This document shows positions 40,241-60,245 of a stretch of 64,000 nt of DNA, piece after piece. The notes below the pieces were generated by a model. The model had not been told where the DNA came from, did not search any database, and saw only the letters and a list, made by a program, of their open reading frames with translations. The position numbers and the translations under genes are program-made. Location of the stretch: the NCBI RefSeq assembly GCF_009914755.1, contig NC_060925.1, one strand, 5' to 3'. Each line of letters starts with the position of its first letter. Position 1 is the first letter of the stretch. The DNA comes from the human T2T-CHM13v2.0 reference genome, Homo sapiens.

Positions 40241-40479
40241 AGAAAGGAAAATAAAACCCTCAAGCAGTACTAGTTTTCTTGATGGCTGTCTGGCCTCTTG
40301 TGGCTGGCATCAGGTATTGCAGTTTCTGGTAACTGAAAGGAAGACTTCCATGACAAAACTAATAGTAATTTATGAGATAAATATTGTCTCCATTTTAGAG
40401 AGGCTTGTATCTTTCCTAAGATCACTTAACAGATATCATTTCAAGGGCAAAATAAAAGAGAGGACAGTTCTTAATTAGA

Positions 40480-44050
<3,571 letters not shown>

Positions 44051-45285
44051 TACCTACCAGACCCAGGGAATAGTAGCCATAAATTGCTGTGACCCCAAAT
44101 CTCACAATGCTCCACACTTTGGGGCTCCAGCCACAGTGTCTGTTCATCTGTTCATATTACCTCTAAGTCGAGAGCTCCTCTCTTTTAAAACTCTGAAGAT
44201 AAGTCCAGTGGGGTGAAATACATTACTACAATTTGATGATAGGTAAGAGAAAGGGCATAGAATTTGGTATATTTCAAACTGACCAGGTCCTAATTCACAT
44301 TTTGAACTAGCAGAAAAATTCAGCAAATCAATTTCAATAAACCTTAAAAACCAATTCAACAAACCTCCCTCAGCAATGTGCTTCCAGTCAGTTTCTATGA
44401 ACTAGGCACAGCTCTGGGCAGCACAAATTTCTACACACTGTGGAAGATACAAGGGAGACCCAACCGTGCTTTGATGGCACTTAGAACCTAGTTGGGAACA
44501 GAAATCACACATAGAATATTTTAGAAATCTCCACATACATCACTGTACAGAACCACATTCATGCTGTTGAAATGACTGATGCATAAGTGGAATTAAGCAA
44601 AACCAGGGAGAAAGTGTGGCTGGGGCAATGCTCACCAGGAAGTTTAAGATTAGAAAGAACCAGGAGGAGAGTAGCCCAGGCTGGAGGGAGAAGGGTGCAC
44701 ATGGGGGTCCAGCAGGTACAGAGAAGGTGCTGATCTGTATGCATCTCCATCACTCCCGATCCCTCACCTTCACCTGACACAAGCAGGCTCAACAGAGAGA
44801 CTGGGGCAATGTTTATCATCCCACCCAACCACAGAGACAAAGAAACTAAGACCTGGAGATGGGCAGAAACGTGTTCAAAGTCACACAGCCACAGGACTGG
44901 AACTCAGGGCTTCAAACTCACAGACAAGTGTGCCCCTCCTCTGTATAAAGCTGCCCCTCTGACTGCATGGTCCAAAGGAGGGTGTCAACCATGATGTAGG
45001 GTGGTACCTTTAACAAGTCAAAGGGAAAATGTTCAGGCTGTCCCATTCCAAGAAAGAAGAGTGAAACTGGAGAGGGTTTTGAAATTGCTCCTGGTATATG
45101 TCTGGGAGGCGGGGATGTGGAGAGTGACCTCTGGTGCTGGTGGGCAGAACATCTTCAGTTACACAACCAGGAGAGTCTGAATTGTCCACTAGAGTTTGGT
45201 GCTCTGGACCTATGCCTGCAGAAGTGGGTCATCAGTGAGAACTGTTACTCATCTCTTCAACTTGCTTTGTCCGGCAGCCTTATCT

Positions 45286-45321
45286 TCAAGGCAAGACATC
45301 CACATAATCGCTGTTACTGTT
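45286..45321 (-). CDS. SH2D1B: SH2D1B exon 4 (NSNSDYVDVLP*, C-terminal tyrosine motif)
   Basis: Acceptor ttttccctccaaag|; 36 nt up to TGA. Confidence 0.93.
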   Translation of the reverse strand, partial: NSNSDYVDVLP

Positions 45322-46928
45322 CTTTGGAGGGAAAAAAAAAGCAGAAGACCAGCCATGAGACCACACCCAGAAGTCATATCAAACAACCCCACTCAAAGGA
45401 AAGAAGACCCCTCCCCAGGCACAGAGCCATGTTGATGCCACCTGAAAGTTATATCTTTAAAGGCTGGGGTACTACAGGGAGCCCTCCTAACAAAATAGGA
45501 GATCTCTTTATAAGCCAAGCCTCAGACCTTCCAGCACAAGTGTCTCCATTCACCAGCAAGAAATCTGCACCTCCCTTGGAGTAAGAACATCTGAAGCTTC
45601 TTCTAAGGAAGCAATGGGAATGGGAGGAAGAGGTTGATGGGGAATATTTCCTCTTCAGTAGCTGAGAATTTTGGAGCCTGCTGTGTCAGCACTGACCCGG
45701 CATGGAAAACTGATGGAGTGAGATTCATGCCCAGGTCTTGGGGAAGATTTCTGAGGGTTCTCCTCCTGGGATTTATGATTCTTTTCTCATTGTTGAGACA
45801 AATGCTACCACCACCCCAACCAGTCCCAGCAACTCATCTGGGTTTGCCTAAGGGCTGCAGCACAGATACATTCCTGGGTTTCTAGATCTGCCACACTGTA
45901 TACTTTTTATTCTATAAATTTGGGGGGGAAAGTAGCTGTGGGACTACATCTGCAGCTGGACCTATAGAAAGTGATTTTTTTGTGTCCATGAGTACACACT
46001 GCCCTTCATGGGGATGGGGGGACAGGGACACAATGGTAGGGAAGGGAGTTGTATTTTATGCTTAGCCTTGCTGGGGAAATGAGAAGCCGGCTATGGCAGC
46101 CTAAAGGGTGACTTTGCCGCAGACAGAGTAGAATGGGGATGGAGTGATTGCAGGCTCCCAGAGAACTCTCTGTCCTCTGTCCCTCTCCTAGGGAGGATAT
46201 CTGATCTCATCCCATCACCTGCCACTGATAACTGCCATCCCTTTCACTGAGAATATAACCACACATTCCAACATGGGAAAACAGGATTAAGACCTAAGTG
46301 TTTCTGGAAGTCTGAGCTAAATTCAAACAACATTGCAACTGATAGTAAATTCTTTACTGAGAGCAGATTTCAAGAGTGTGGGTAAGGAAGAGTAGCTGCT
46401 CATGATATAATTTGAGAGGCTTAGGCAGGGATTCTCTGCACTCAGATTTACTGACCATCTCTCATTTTCCACTACGGCTTAATGCCTTTAAAAATGTATC
46501 TGACATAATTTGACACCCAGCACTTTATAAATGAATGCTTAGCAAATATTGAGCAAAGTGTAACAGTATACGCTTTGGGGAGGGCTTGAAGGGCTAGAGT
46601 GATTTTCTCATTTGAAAATCTGCCCATTTGCCCATTTATTCTCAAACTTGAATCGTCTGCACAAGGTCACAGAATGAATTTGAAGTCAGCTGTCTGCCCA
46701 GGAACCACTCTTGCTATCCTGGCTGCAAACGCAGCAAGCTCTCTGTCTTGGCCCTCAGGGACTAAAAGACAGCACTTCTCAACAAAATGGAAATTGCTCT
46801 TAGTAGGATGAAGCTTTTTAGAGATAATGTCACAGAAAAGAGCATTTGTCTGTATTGAGTTTACAAAGTAAGGCATTGGTGGAAATAGGATTAAGATTGC
46901 TTTCTGACCCCCACGTGAGAGATTTTAC

Positions 46929-47093
46929 CACAAATGTTTCCAACTCTAATTTCAATCCTCTCCATCTCAAGCTGGGGCTGGTTCTCTTTATTGGCTTTAA
47001 AAGGTGAACCACCATCCCCTGATTTGGTTTTTCAAATTTGGAGATCAGTTCCTTTAGGCTTGGAAAGACCTGTTTTGGAGAACCTTCTGCAGT
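46929..47093 (-). CDS. SH2D1B: SH2D1B exon 3
   Basis: Acceptor ttttgcag| and donor gtg|gtaaaa; 165 nt; encodes TAEGSPKQVFPSLKELISKFEKPNQGMVVHLLKPIKRTSPSLRWRGLKLELETFV. Confidence 0.96.
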
Positions 47094-47504
47094 CTGCAAA
47101 AATACAAGAAAGGAAATCACTCATTATCATGCAATTGCGTGTGAAATGTGACACTTCTCAAAGCAGTGGGTTTTCAGGGCTGCCCTTCTATGAGCTGAAA
47201 AACTGAAAACAAGTGGCTGGAGCTCACACCACTCCCAGTTCACAGAAACTCTCATTTCTAAGACCAACCTCTGACTTGAGCCACTCTGAGTAAAGAGGAT
47301 TTGCAATCAAGGGATCCCAGCGCAGTCCATAGTATCAAGTGAACCCCATCCTTGGCAAGTTTACCTGGGGCAGTTCTCGCAGATACACTCTGAAGGGTAC
47401 CCCTGTAAGGGCTTACGTCTGTACCTACAGGCGGGCTTTGCTATCTTAAGGGACTATCGGAAGTGGACTTCTGATGGGAATGCAAAAATGCAATTAAAAA
47501 AAAT

Positions 47505-48106
47505 TCCAACTGTTATTTTAAGTTCAGGGGTACATGTGCAGGATGTACAGGTTTGTTACATAGGTAAACGTGTGCCGTAGTGGTTTGCTGCACAGACCAT
47601 CCCATCACCCAGGTATCAAGCCCAGCATTCACTAGCTATTCTTCCTGATCCTCTCCCTCCTCCCACCCTGAGCCCTCCAACAGGCCCCTGTGTGTGTTGT
47701 TCTCCTCTGTGTGTCCATGTGTTCTTATCATTCAGCTCCCACTTACAAGTGAGAACATGCAGTATTTGGTTTTCTGTTCCTGCATTAGTTTGCTAAACAT
47801 AATGGCCTCCAGCTCCATCCATGTCCCTGCAAAGGACATGATTTCATTCTTTTTTGACCTAAGCTCCTTTCTGATCCCCATGTGAGAGATTTTACCATAA
47901 ATGCTTCCAACTCTAATTTCGATCCTCTCCATCTCAAGCTGGGGCTGGTTCTCTTTATTGGCTTTAAAAGGTGAACCACCAGCCTCTGATTTGGTTTTTC
48001 AAATTTGGAGAACAGTTAGGCTGCTTAGTATTCCATGGTGTATATGTACCACATTTTATTTATCCAGTCTATCACTGATGGGCATTTAGGTTGATTCCAT
48101 GTCTTT
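47505..48106 (-). mobile_element. L1PA 3' end (older primate L1PA), interrupted at ~47856-48018
   Basis: ggggtacatgtgcaggatg..ggtttgttacataggtaaac...atgtccctgcaaaggacatg; resumes with ggctgc.tagtattccatggtgtatatgtaccacatttt. Confidence 0.92.
47868..48017 (-). pseudogene. SH2D1B: Partial duplicate of SH2D1B exon 3 plus its donor site (pseudo-exon)
   Basis: 150-nt ungapped match to 46901-47050 with 8 mismatches by manual alignment. Confidence 0.93.
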
Positions 48107-48168
48107 AAAATATGCAATTTGTATACTTTATGAATTTAAAATACACAATTTGTATACTTGATGAATTC
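48107..48168. repeat. 31-bp tandem duplication at the L1 boundary
   Basis: aaaatatgcaatttgtatactttatgaattt / aaaatacacaatttgtatacttgatgaattc. Confidence 0.8.
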
Positions 48169-48248
48169 ACAATCTCCATGTGGGCAAAACAAAACCAAAA
48201 AAGTCCCAATGTAAATAGAAAGTGGGAATGGCAACACAACTCAGTTAA

Positions 48249-48612
<364 letters not shown>

Positions 48613-48674
48613 CACCAAGCACTATTTTCTAATATAACCTTTTAGAAATAATTTTAAAATGAAAAGAATTTTCT

Positions 48675-48953
<279 letters not shown>

Positions 48954-50240
48954 TACACACCCACACACACATGAATTTTCTTCCTCTACTTTTGTGTATT
49001 TGGTTTTCTTGATCGTCACTGTGGTTTTCATATGGCCACCAAGTCAGACTAGAGAAAGGGGTTGGTGATCAGAAGGTTTTCTGATATGCGCCTGATTAAC
49101 CTCTGTATTAGAGGTACAGGCTGACATCAAAGTCATCTGCAAGGAGGTTCCTTTAATGCAGTCATTTCAACAAAAGGCATCACTGCAGGCTTCTAAGCTC
49201 AAAGCTGCTCCCCAGTGAAACGCCTCTTTGTGTCTGAGTTACAAATGATTTGGATGTCTCCCTCTATTTTGTCCACACAAGAGACAAAACAGGGTACTGA
49301 GGAATTATCCAGAATTTCCCAAAGAATAAACAGAAAAAAAATGTCTTAAAATAAGTTGCTTTTTATAAGACATTTTATCTTGAAATTATTTCAGACATAG
49401 CAAAGTTGCAAAAATAATTTTTAAAAATTACCATATATTTCACCCACACCCCAATGTTAACATTTTATTATATTTGCTTTTTATTCTCTTTCCAAATATA
49501 TACACATATATTGTGCATGTATATATACACATATATATAAGCTATTTTCAAAGTTAATTTGCAGACATAATATCCCTTTAAATACTTCAGTATTTCTTCA
49601 AAAGTAAGGATATTACACAACCATACTACAATGATTAAAATCAGGAAATTAACCTGGATACAGTACTATTTGTTAATCTTATTCAAAATTTGAATTTATT
49701 CAAATTTTGTCAACTGCCTCAATAATGTCCTCTATAGCAAAAGAAAAATAGTATAAGTGAGGTGTTTGGGGATCATTTTATATTCTAGTCTCTTTCAGAT
49801 ATTCAGAGTAAACATTAATATACTGAAGATTCTTAGAAATCTGTAGTCTCCTTAACCTTATATGTAAGTGTTTGAGAAAGATTATTTTAGGATTCTCTGT
49901 TAGCAGTTATGTTTATTATACTCTACTTCTTAAGCCAGAGAACTAAATTTAAAAGAAGCAAAATGTTTTTCTGCTTAGCTCTCAGTAAACCAGAAAAATT
50001 AAACAAACCCTAAGACTTTCAGCTATCTGATGCTTCCCACTATATTTTCGTACAACTATTGGGCACACTTGACTCCCTAAACACTCTGACCTCTTTCCAC
50101 CGTCCCTTTCTAGCTCCATCTTGCATCATTGTTGAGTCTTCTAATTCAACGGAGGTTTTGCTTGGAGTCCAGGCTGGTGTGTTTGGCCAGTGGAGGAGCC
50201 ACAGTGGAATAACAGTGAGGGTTATTCAAAAGTAGAACCC

Positions 50241-50579
<339 letters not shown>

Positions 50580-50750
50580 CTATTTCTCTTCAGGGAAAAA
50601 CCAGGTTAACTCGATCTGACTCTCATCTCTGCATTGTGCTTTCCTTTTTAGAATGCTTTCGCACAGTCATGGCTCAGGTAAAAGACATGTTCCCAGGTTC
50701 TTCTCCCCCAACTTTTGTGTTGTTGTTGTTGTCGTCCTTTTTGTTCTTAC

Positions 50751-50814
50751 CTGTATCCTGTAATACCCGTGTTTCTCTCTGAAGATTCGGTATGTGTAGA
50801 CAATATTTTTAAAC
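50751..50814 (-). CDS. SH2D1B: SH2D1B exon 2
   Basis: Acceptor ttttccacag| and donor cag|gtaaga; 64 nt; encodes FKNIVYTYRIFREKHGYYRIQ. Confidence 0.95.
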
Positions 50815-50837
50815 CTGTGGAAAAAATGACTGTGTGA

Positions 50838-53440
<2,603 letters not shown>

Positions 53441-55151
53441 GTAAGACATATTCATGGCATAAAAAGGTAGATGAATATAATTTATCTTTCTAATATATAA
53501 ACTAAATTTTAATTCCTTATACATATGTGCTTTTGCTGTTTTCATGATTGGTTTTTGGCCTCAGATAGAAAAAGTGTTTCCTATTTTTGCAGTTATGTTC
53601 TCAATAAATATGTGGTGTCTTGACTCTCTGTGTGAGACTGATACCCAGTGGAGCCTACCTTTTTGTTTATTCTATGGAAATCATTGTCGTCATTTATGAG
53701 AAATACACTGGACTTATAAAAAACATTTAAAAATCTTAGGCATTAATTTCTCAGTTGAGGTTCAAAAAGGCTGGAATACAGGACCTCTAAGTTTTCCCAT
53801 ATCTTTGAATTGTTTTACTCTATCTATTTAGCTTTCAAAGTGATCGTTCCATGAGGTGCTGTGCACGGATCTCTGAGTCCTTGCTCAACGCATGAACAGC
53901 CCACAGATTAGCACGGTCTCATGTTGTGGCCATTGTTGTGGGGAAACTTGTTTGTGTTCAAGTTTTTATTTTAACTAACCTTCAAAAGGTCAGCTGAAGG
54001 AAATGGAATCGACTGCACCCTATAATATCAACAATGTGTTCTGCATTTTTCCATGCCATGATGCAAGTGGGAAATCCAAGTCAACAAAGAAATATTTTAA
54101 GACTTTTGACCTCTGGCCTTATCACTGTTCCTGATCTCAGTGTATCTTGGTGCAACCTTTTGTGGTACTAATTTTTCAGTGTGCATGAAGATTTTTTTAA
54201 ACATCTAGGATTTTATCCTAACTAGGGAGTAAGGCAAACTTTCACAGATGTAAGTACAAAAATGTTAATCATTCCAAATTACACTGAGTCCACTGGACTA
54301 AATTGCAAATGAAAATTGAAAATAACCTAATGTATGATATGTATACATTATGATATATCAAATCAATAAAATACTAAGCAGTCATAAGGGGATGACCTGC
54401 TTTCTTTGATGGGGAAAGAGACCTACAATTATGGAGAAAACAGGTTGCAAGCCATCATGTATAATGAACCATTTATGTACATATATTGGTTTATAGATGC
54501 GCAGAGAAGTCTGGAGAGATGTATGCCAAAATATTAAAAATGGTGATTTCAGAGTGGTGAGACTGATATAGTTTGTTTTGTTTTTTATACCTTTCTCTAT
54601 ATTTGATTTTCTAAAATGAATTTTCATTAGCTTGATAAACCACCACAACAAAATGGATCATTTCTTTTCTTTCTGTACTCTACAATCCTTGCAAAAGTCT
54701 CAGAATCTGAGACTCATAAATGACTCTCAAGGCAATAGATAGACATTGCCATTATTATTCTTAATGAGAGCATGCAGTAGGTTAGGGCTCAGGTCTTCCT
54801 CACCTGCAGCCTTCCTATGGCTTTGCAAAGTCCTCCTTTTCTTCACACTTGCAGATGAATCCTTTGCACCTCCTAATATCTACTCCATTTAATTTTACTG
54901 ATGATAAAGGCAGACAGTTTAGACACTCACAAAGTCACACTACACAGACAACCTTTTACACACTGGAGTTTTCTAGACACTCTATTACATTGTAAGATCA
55001 GAAAACATTTCCTGTCCACAGTTACCACATAGCTTTCTGGTTAGTGCCATATGCTGCTAGGTCAGCTCTCTCTGTGACCTCCTTCTTTTATTTCTAACCT
55101 TCCTCACAGTATTTTCATCACTAAATATTTAGCTCTGTGAAAGTCCTGAAG

Positions 55152-55282
55152 TATCGGGGGAACCAGCCCCCAATATTTCAACGTAGGTTCTTTTCTATTC
55201 TCCCTAAGTGTCGGCCAGTCTAAGAAATAAAGGGAAAGAGTACAAAACAGAGAAATTTTAAAGCTGGGTGTCCAGGGGAGAC
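55152..55282 (-). mobile_element. 3'-terminal fragment of a MER11-like (HERV-K group) LTR
   Basis: tatcgggggaaccagcccccaatatttcaacgtaggttcttttctatt...aaagctgggtgtcc matches the MER11 end as I recall it. Confidence 0.7.
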
Positions 55283-56394
55283 CCATTTTAATGCAGCAGA
55301 GAAGAAGGGGACACTGCATATCAGAGTCCACTCCCAAGCCCTCAGGTCCCCTGCTTGGGCATTTTATAACACAGATCCAAGGTGATTACCTGAAACATAT
55401 TTCAGTGAAGCTGGGGACATTGGTAAGAGAGGGAATGTAATAACATATTAGCAATTTGGCCCTAGGCAAGCTATTAAATAAGAAGCTACAGTTTATTTTC
55501 TCACAAAATAGTGATCATGTCGCCTACCGCAAAGGGATTGCAAATGACAAATAAGATAATGCATGTACCATGCTTAGCAAAATGTTTGGCTCATAGATAA
55601 TACCTACATGGTAACTTTTTCTGTGTCAGTGAAGACAAGCAGGCTAACACTTGTATCATAATAGTAATTCTTGCTTTGCTTGCAAAGGGTTGTATCTTGA
55701 AGCATGAATTGGTTGATGTGACCTCTTCAGAGAAACCTTTCCTGTACCCAATGGAAAGCAGCAGCTGTGTCTCTCCCTGTCATATGACTCTGTTTCATTT
55801 TCATCATATTTTCTCCTCTTACTGAAATTAACTTCATGAGGGCAGAAACATTGCCAGTAGTATTTATCACTGTATTACCAATGCTTAGGACCACGCATGG
55901 AACATAATAAGTGCTCAGTATATGCTTGTTGAATGAATGAAGGTTCCACTTATTCTCCTAAAGTCTCAGCTCCAATATCTGGTTCTCCCCTTTTTGCTGT
56001 CAGCTCTACAGTGCCCTAATGATAGTCCAATCATCATAATTATCACATGCATCACTGTGTCTGTTTACTTCTTTATTTTCCCCACTAGGCTCTGAGTTGT
56101 GTTGAAGGCATCAACCGAGTGTCTAGCACACTGTCTGACATATGAGAGAATTCAAATATTTGTTGAACAACTAGAATTTAATAGTCCATACTTATCTGTA
56201 TGATAATACATTTTTACAAGGCCCTATGAGGAGATAGCTTCAGGGGTCACTTGACCTAAGCCTTAAGCCTGAGGGTGAATGAAATGTTGTTTGCCTTTCA
56301 GTGACATGTGTAGGGAGGTGGGTGAGACCTGATCATGTGCAGGGGCTTAACAAATATTTATTTTTGCCTCTCCACTTGGTTTATTTTCATTTTT

Positions 56395-56716
<322 letters not shown>

Positions 56717-56827
56717 ATTTTTTAGCATCTCTTAGTGACCTTTGCTTTAGATGAATATGCAAGATGGGCTGATGCACCACAGAACAGTTGAGAATAAATA
56801 TCAATTTTCAAAGAGAATCCCAATATA

Positions 56828-57140
56828 GGCTGGGTGCAGTGGCTCATGCCTGTAATCCCAGCACTTTGGGAGGCTGAGGTGGGTGGATCACTGGAGCCCA
56901 GGAGCTCGAAATCAGCCTGGGCAACATAGCGAGACCCCATGTCTACAAAAAATTTAAACATTAACCAGGCATGGTAGTGCGCACCTGTAGTCCCAGATAC
57001 TCAGGGGGCCTGAGACAGGAGAATCTCTTGAACCCAGAAGGTTGAGGTTGCAGTGAGCCATGATCGCACCACTGCACTCCAGCCTAGGAGCTGGAGTGAG
57101 ACCCTGTCTAAAAAAAAAAAAAGAAAGAAAGGAAGGAAGA
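56828..57140 (+). mobile_element. Alu (AluJ-like), sense
   Basis: Alu consensus with A tail. Confidence 0.92.
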
Positions 57141-57562
57141 GAATCCCATATTGACCATATACCCTGAGATCCTGGCCAAGGTCTGTCCTTGCACCTTCTT
57201 GTTTTTTCCCTTCCCACTGCTTGCCCCAGCACAACTAGCTCTTCACCGTCTCCCGTCCAGAGACACAACAGTTTCTGTTGCCATCATTTCCCAGCTTCAT
57301 TGTGTTCTCCACGTCAAATTGAAGTTCCTAAATTCACCAGTCTTTTCACTTCCCTGCTCAGAAACCATCCATGTTTCCCTGTTATCTATAGAACCATTCT
57401 TTTAAAACTCCATGATCTTATCCCACCCTCCTTTTCCAAAAGCTGGTTTCCAAACTACATTTTAGGAACCTTGTATGTAAATCCTTTAAAATATCCCACT
57501 TCTAGACTCCTGTTCCTACCTCCTCCCCTTCCTAAAATGCCCTCCATCCCATTTACATGTAA

Positions 57563-57875
<313 letters not shown>

Positions 57876-57885
57876 AATATATATT

Positions 57886-57956
57886 TTTCTTTAAATGGTA
57901 CTGTTGGATGTAGATATGAGAGAAATAGCCTGTATCTCCAGTACCATTTAAAGAAA
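57886..57956. repeat. Perfect 18-bp inverted repeat with a 35-nt spacer
   Basis: tttctttaaatggtactg (57886-57903) / cagtaccatttaaagaaa (57939-57956). Confidence 0.93.
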
Positions 57957-57986
57957 GAAATATGTCCCTGTGTATTCTATTAGTAA

Positions 57987-58461
57987 TGACAATCACTTTT
58001 GTCTATAATCAGACTTCTGAGCCTATTCCAAGGCCCATTTGTGTACTTCCTTGTAAAATCCAGTTTTAGCAAAGAACCCTACTAAGTCAGTTTGGCAAGG
58101 ACCCCTCACCCTAGCTATCTGATCACTGTTGGATTCTGATCAGATTCCTCATCCTCCACCATCCCCCAGGCAACATCTGATCACCCTGGCCTGTCTTCAG
58201 CTACAATTCTGTTAGGCTGGTTTAGCCAGAATCCACTTTACCCCTGATGTTTCCTCCGAGTAATTTTCTGTCTACCGACAGCCACACTGCTCCTTGGCCA
58301 TAAATTCCCACTTGTCCATGCTGGATTCAGAGTTGAGTCCAGTCTCTTTTCTGTGCCGCAAGAGCTCATTGCAGTGGTCCCTGTACCTTTGTGATGATCC
58401 TGAATAAAGTCTTCCCAACCATAATTTAACAAGTGACATTGAGTAATTTTTTTCTTTAACA
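57987..58461 (+). mobile_element. Solo LTR, MER31-like (ERV1)
   Basis: tgaca...ttaaca termini, internal aataaagtctt, and text cagttttagcaaagaaccct.ctaagtcagttt. Family from memory. Confidence 0.7.
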
Positions 58462-58626
58462 AGAGACATTTGGATTTTAATTTCTGTTACAGGTATAATA
58501 AAAGGTTCAGTGGTCCCTACTTTACAAAGAGGAACATACATAAAGATAGGAGGTTTCTAGTGATTTCTGTTCAGGATTGCTTTCTAAACTGGGCATAAAC
58601 AAGTTCCTTCAGCTAGGTCTCTTTGA

Positions 58627-59275
<649 letters not shown>

Positions 59276-59883
59276 TAGACTCTGGAAATTCCAAATGAGT
59301 TTTAACACAAACAAATTATTTGAGAAATTCAGGTCTCTGTTTCTTTACCTATGAAATGGTGACTGCTTATGCTTGCCTTGATAGACTACTAGGATGAAAG
59401 GAAATGACGAATATTGAAGTCCTTCACAAATCTAACAAAATGTGAAATATGATTGTATTTATAGTTTACGTATTGCAAGCAGATGCTGCAGAATAAGTGT
59501 TTCAGATTGAAATTTCTTGAAGAACCCCTAGCCTTTTCCATACCAAATAAACAGATCTCTGGAGGACAGGACCTCTGACATTTGTACCTTCTTTCCATCC
59601 CTCTGTACCCCTGTACTTCCTGCAGCCCTTCCCTTCACCACCACCATGTCCCTCCTGCTGCTGCAGAGTCTGCTTGCAGGGCCTTTACACCAGGGAGAGC
59701 AGGCAGATGGAGGAGCATGGACAGATACATTCCTCTCCTGGCAGTGTCCATTACTTCTCATTCTACTCATTGAGACTCCAAAGTCAGAGTGAAATACTGA
59801 GGGATATGAATTCCTGTACTGTGTGGCAGCCATTGCCACATTCAACATACGATGTCAGATGTGTGCAAGATGAGGCTACTCAC

Positions 59884-60017
59884 GAGACACAGAGGCACAG
59901 GACTCCTGGTATCGACTCGCTGTCTCTTAAAAGAAAGTTGCCATCCACCCCTTCCTTGAGCAGCAAGGTCTCACAGTCTTGCTTGGTCAGACGTCCATGG
60001 TAGTAAGGCAGATCCAT
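59884..60017 (-). CDS. SH2D1B: SH2D1B (EAT-2) exon 1, SH2 domain N-terminal half with FLLRDSES
   Basis: ATG at 60017; encodes [44 protein letters not shown]; donor tc|gtgagt. 134+64+165+36 = 399 nt = 132 aa. Confidence 0.97.
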
Positions 60018-60124
60018 GGAGAACGCTCTTGTATCCCAGGAAGGCCTGTTGGCCTGAAATTCACCCCCAAGTCAAGGGACAGCTCTGAGGAGAGATGTGT
60101 AAGCAGCTGTACCTCCTGTGGAGC

Positions 60125-60245
60125 TACCTCTTCCTCTAGCGGTCTGTGGGACTCAGCCAGCTTCACAAGATTCAGGAAATGAGGAGGGCGGGGTGATAAA
60201 ATGACCAACACTTTTCACCCTCTAAATGGCCCACATGTGACTCAC
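60125..60245 (-). promoter_or_regulatory. SH2D1B: SH2D1B proximal promoter motifs
   Basis: ETS caggaaat (60173), GC box gggcgggg (60186), GATA tgataa (60194), E-box cacatgtg (60232) and AP-1 tgactca (60238), all within ~230 nt upstream of the ATG. Confidence 0.6.

Noticed and set aside
47785-47979. ORF resembling a second SH2D1B paralogue (like mouse ERT)
   Set aside because: Only 122 nt of one exon is copied. There is no proper acceptor (the nearby AGs are out of frame and lack a pyrimidine tract) and no other duplicated exons, so it is reported as a pseudo-exon.
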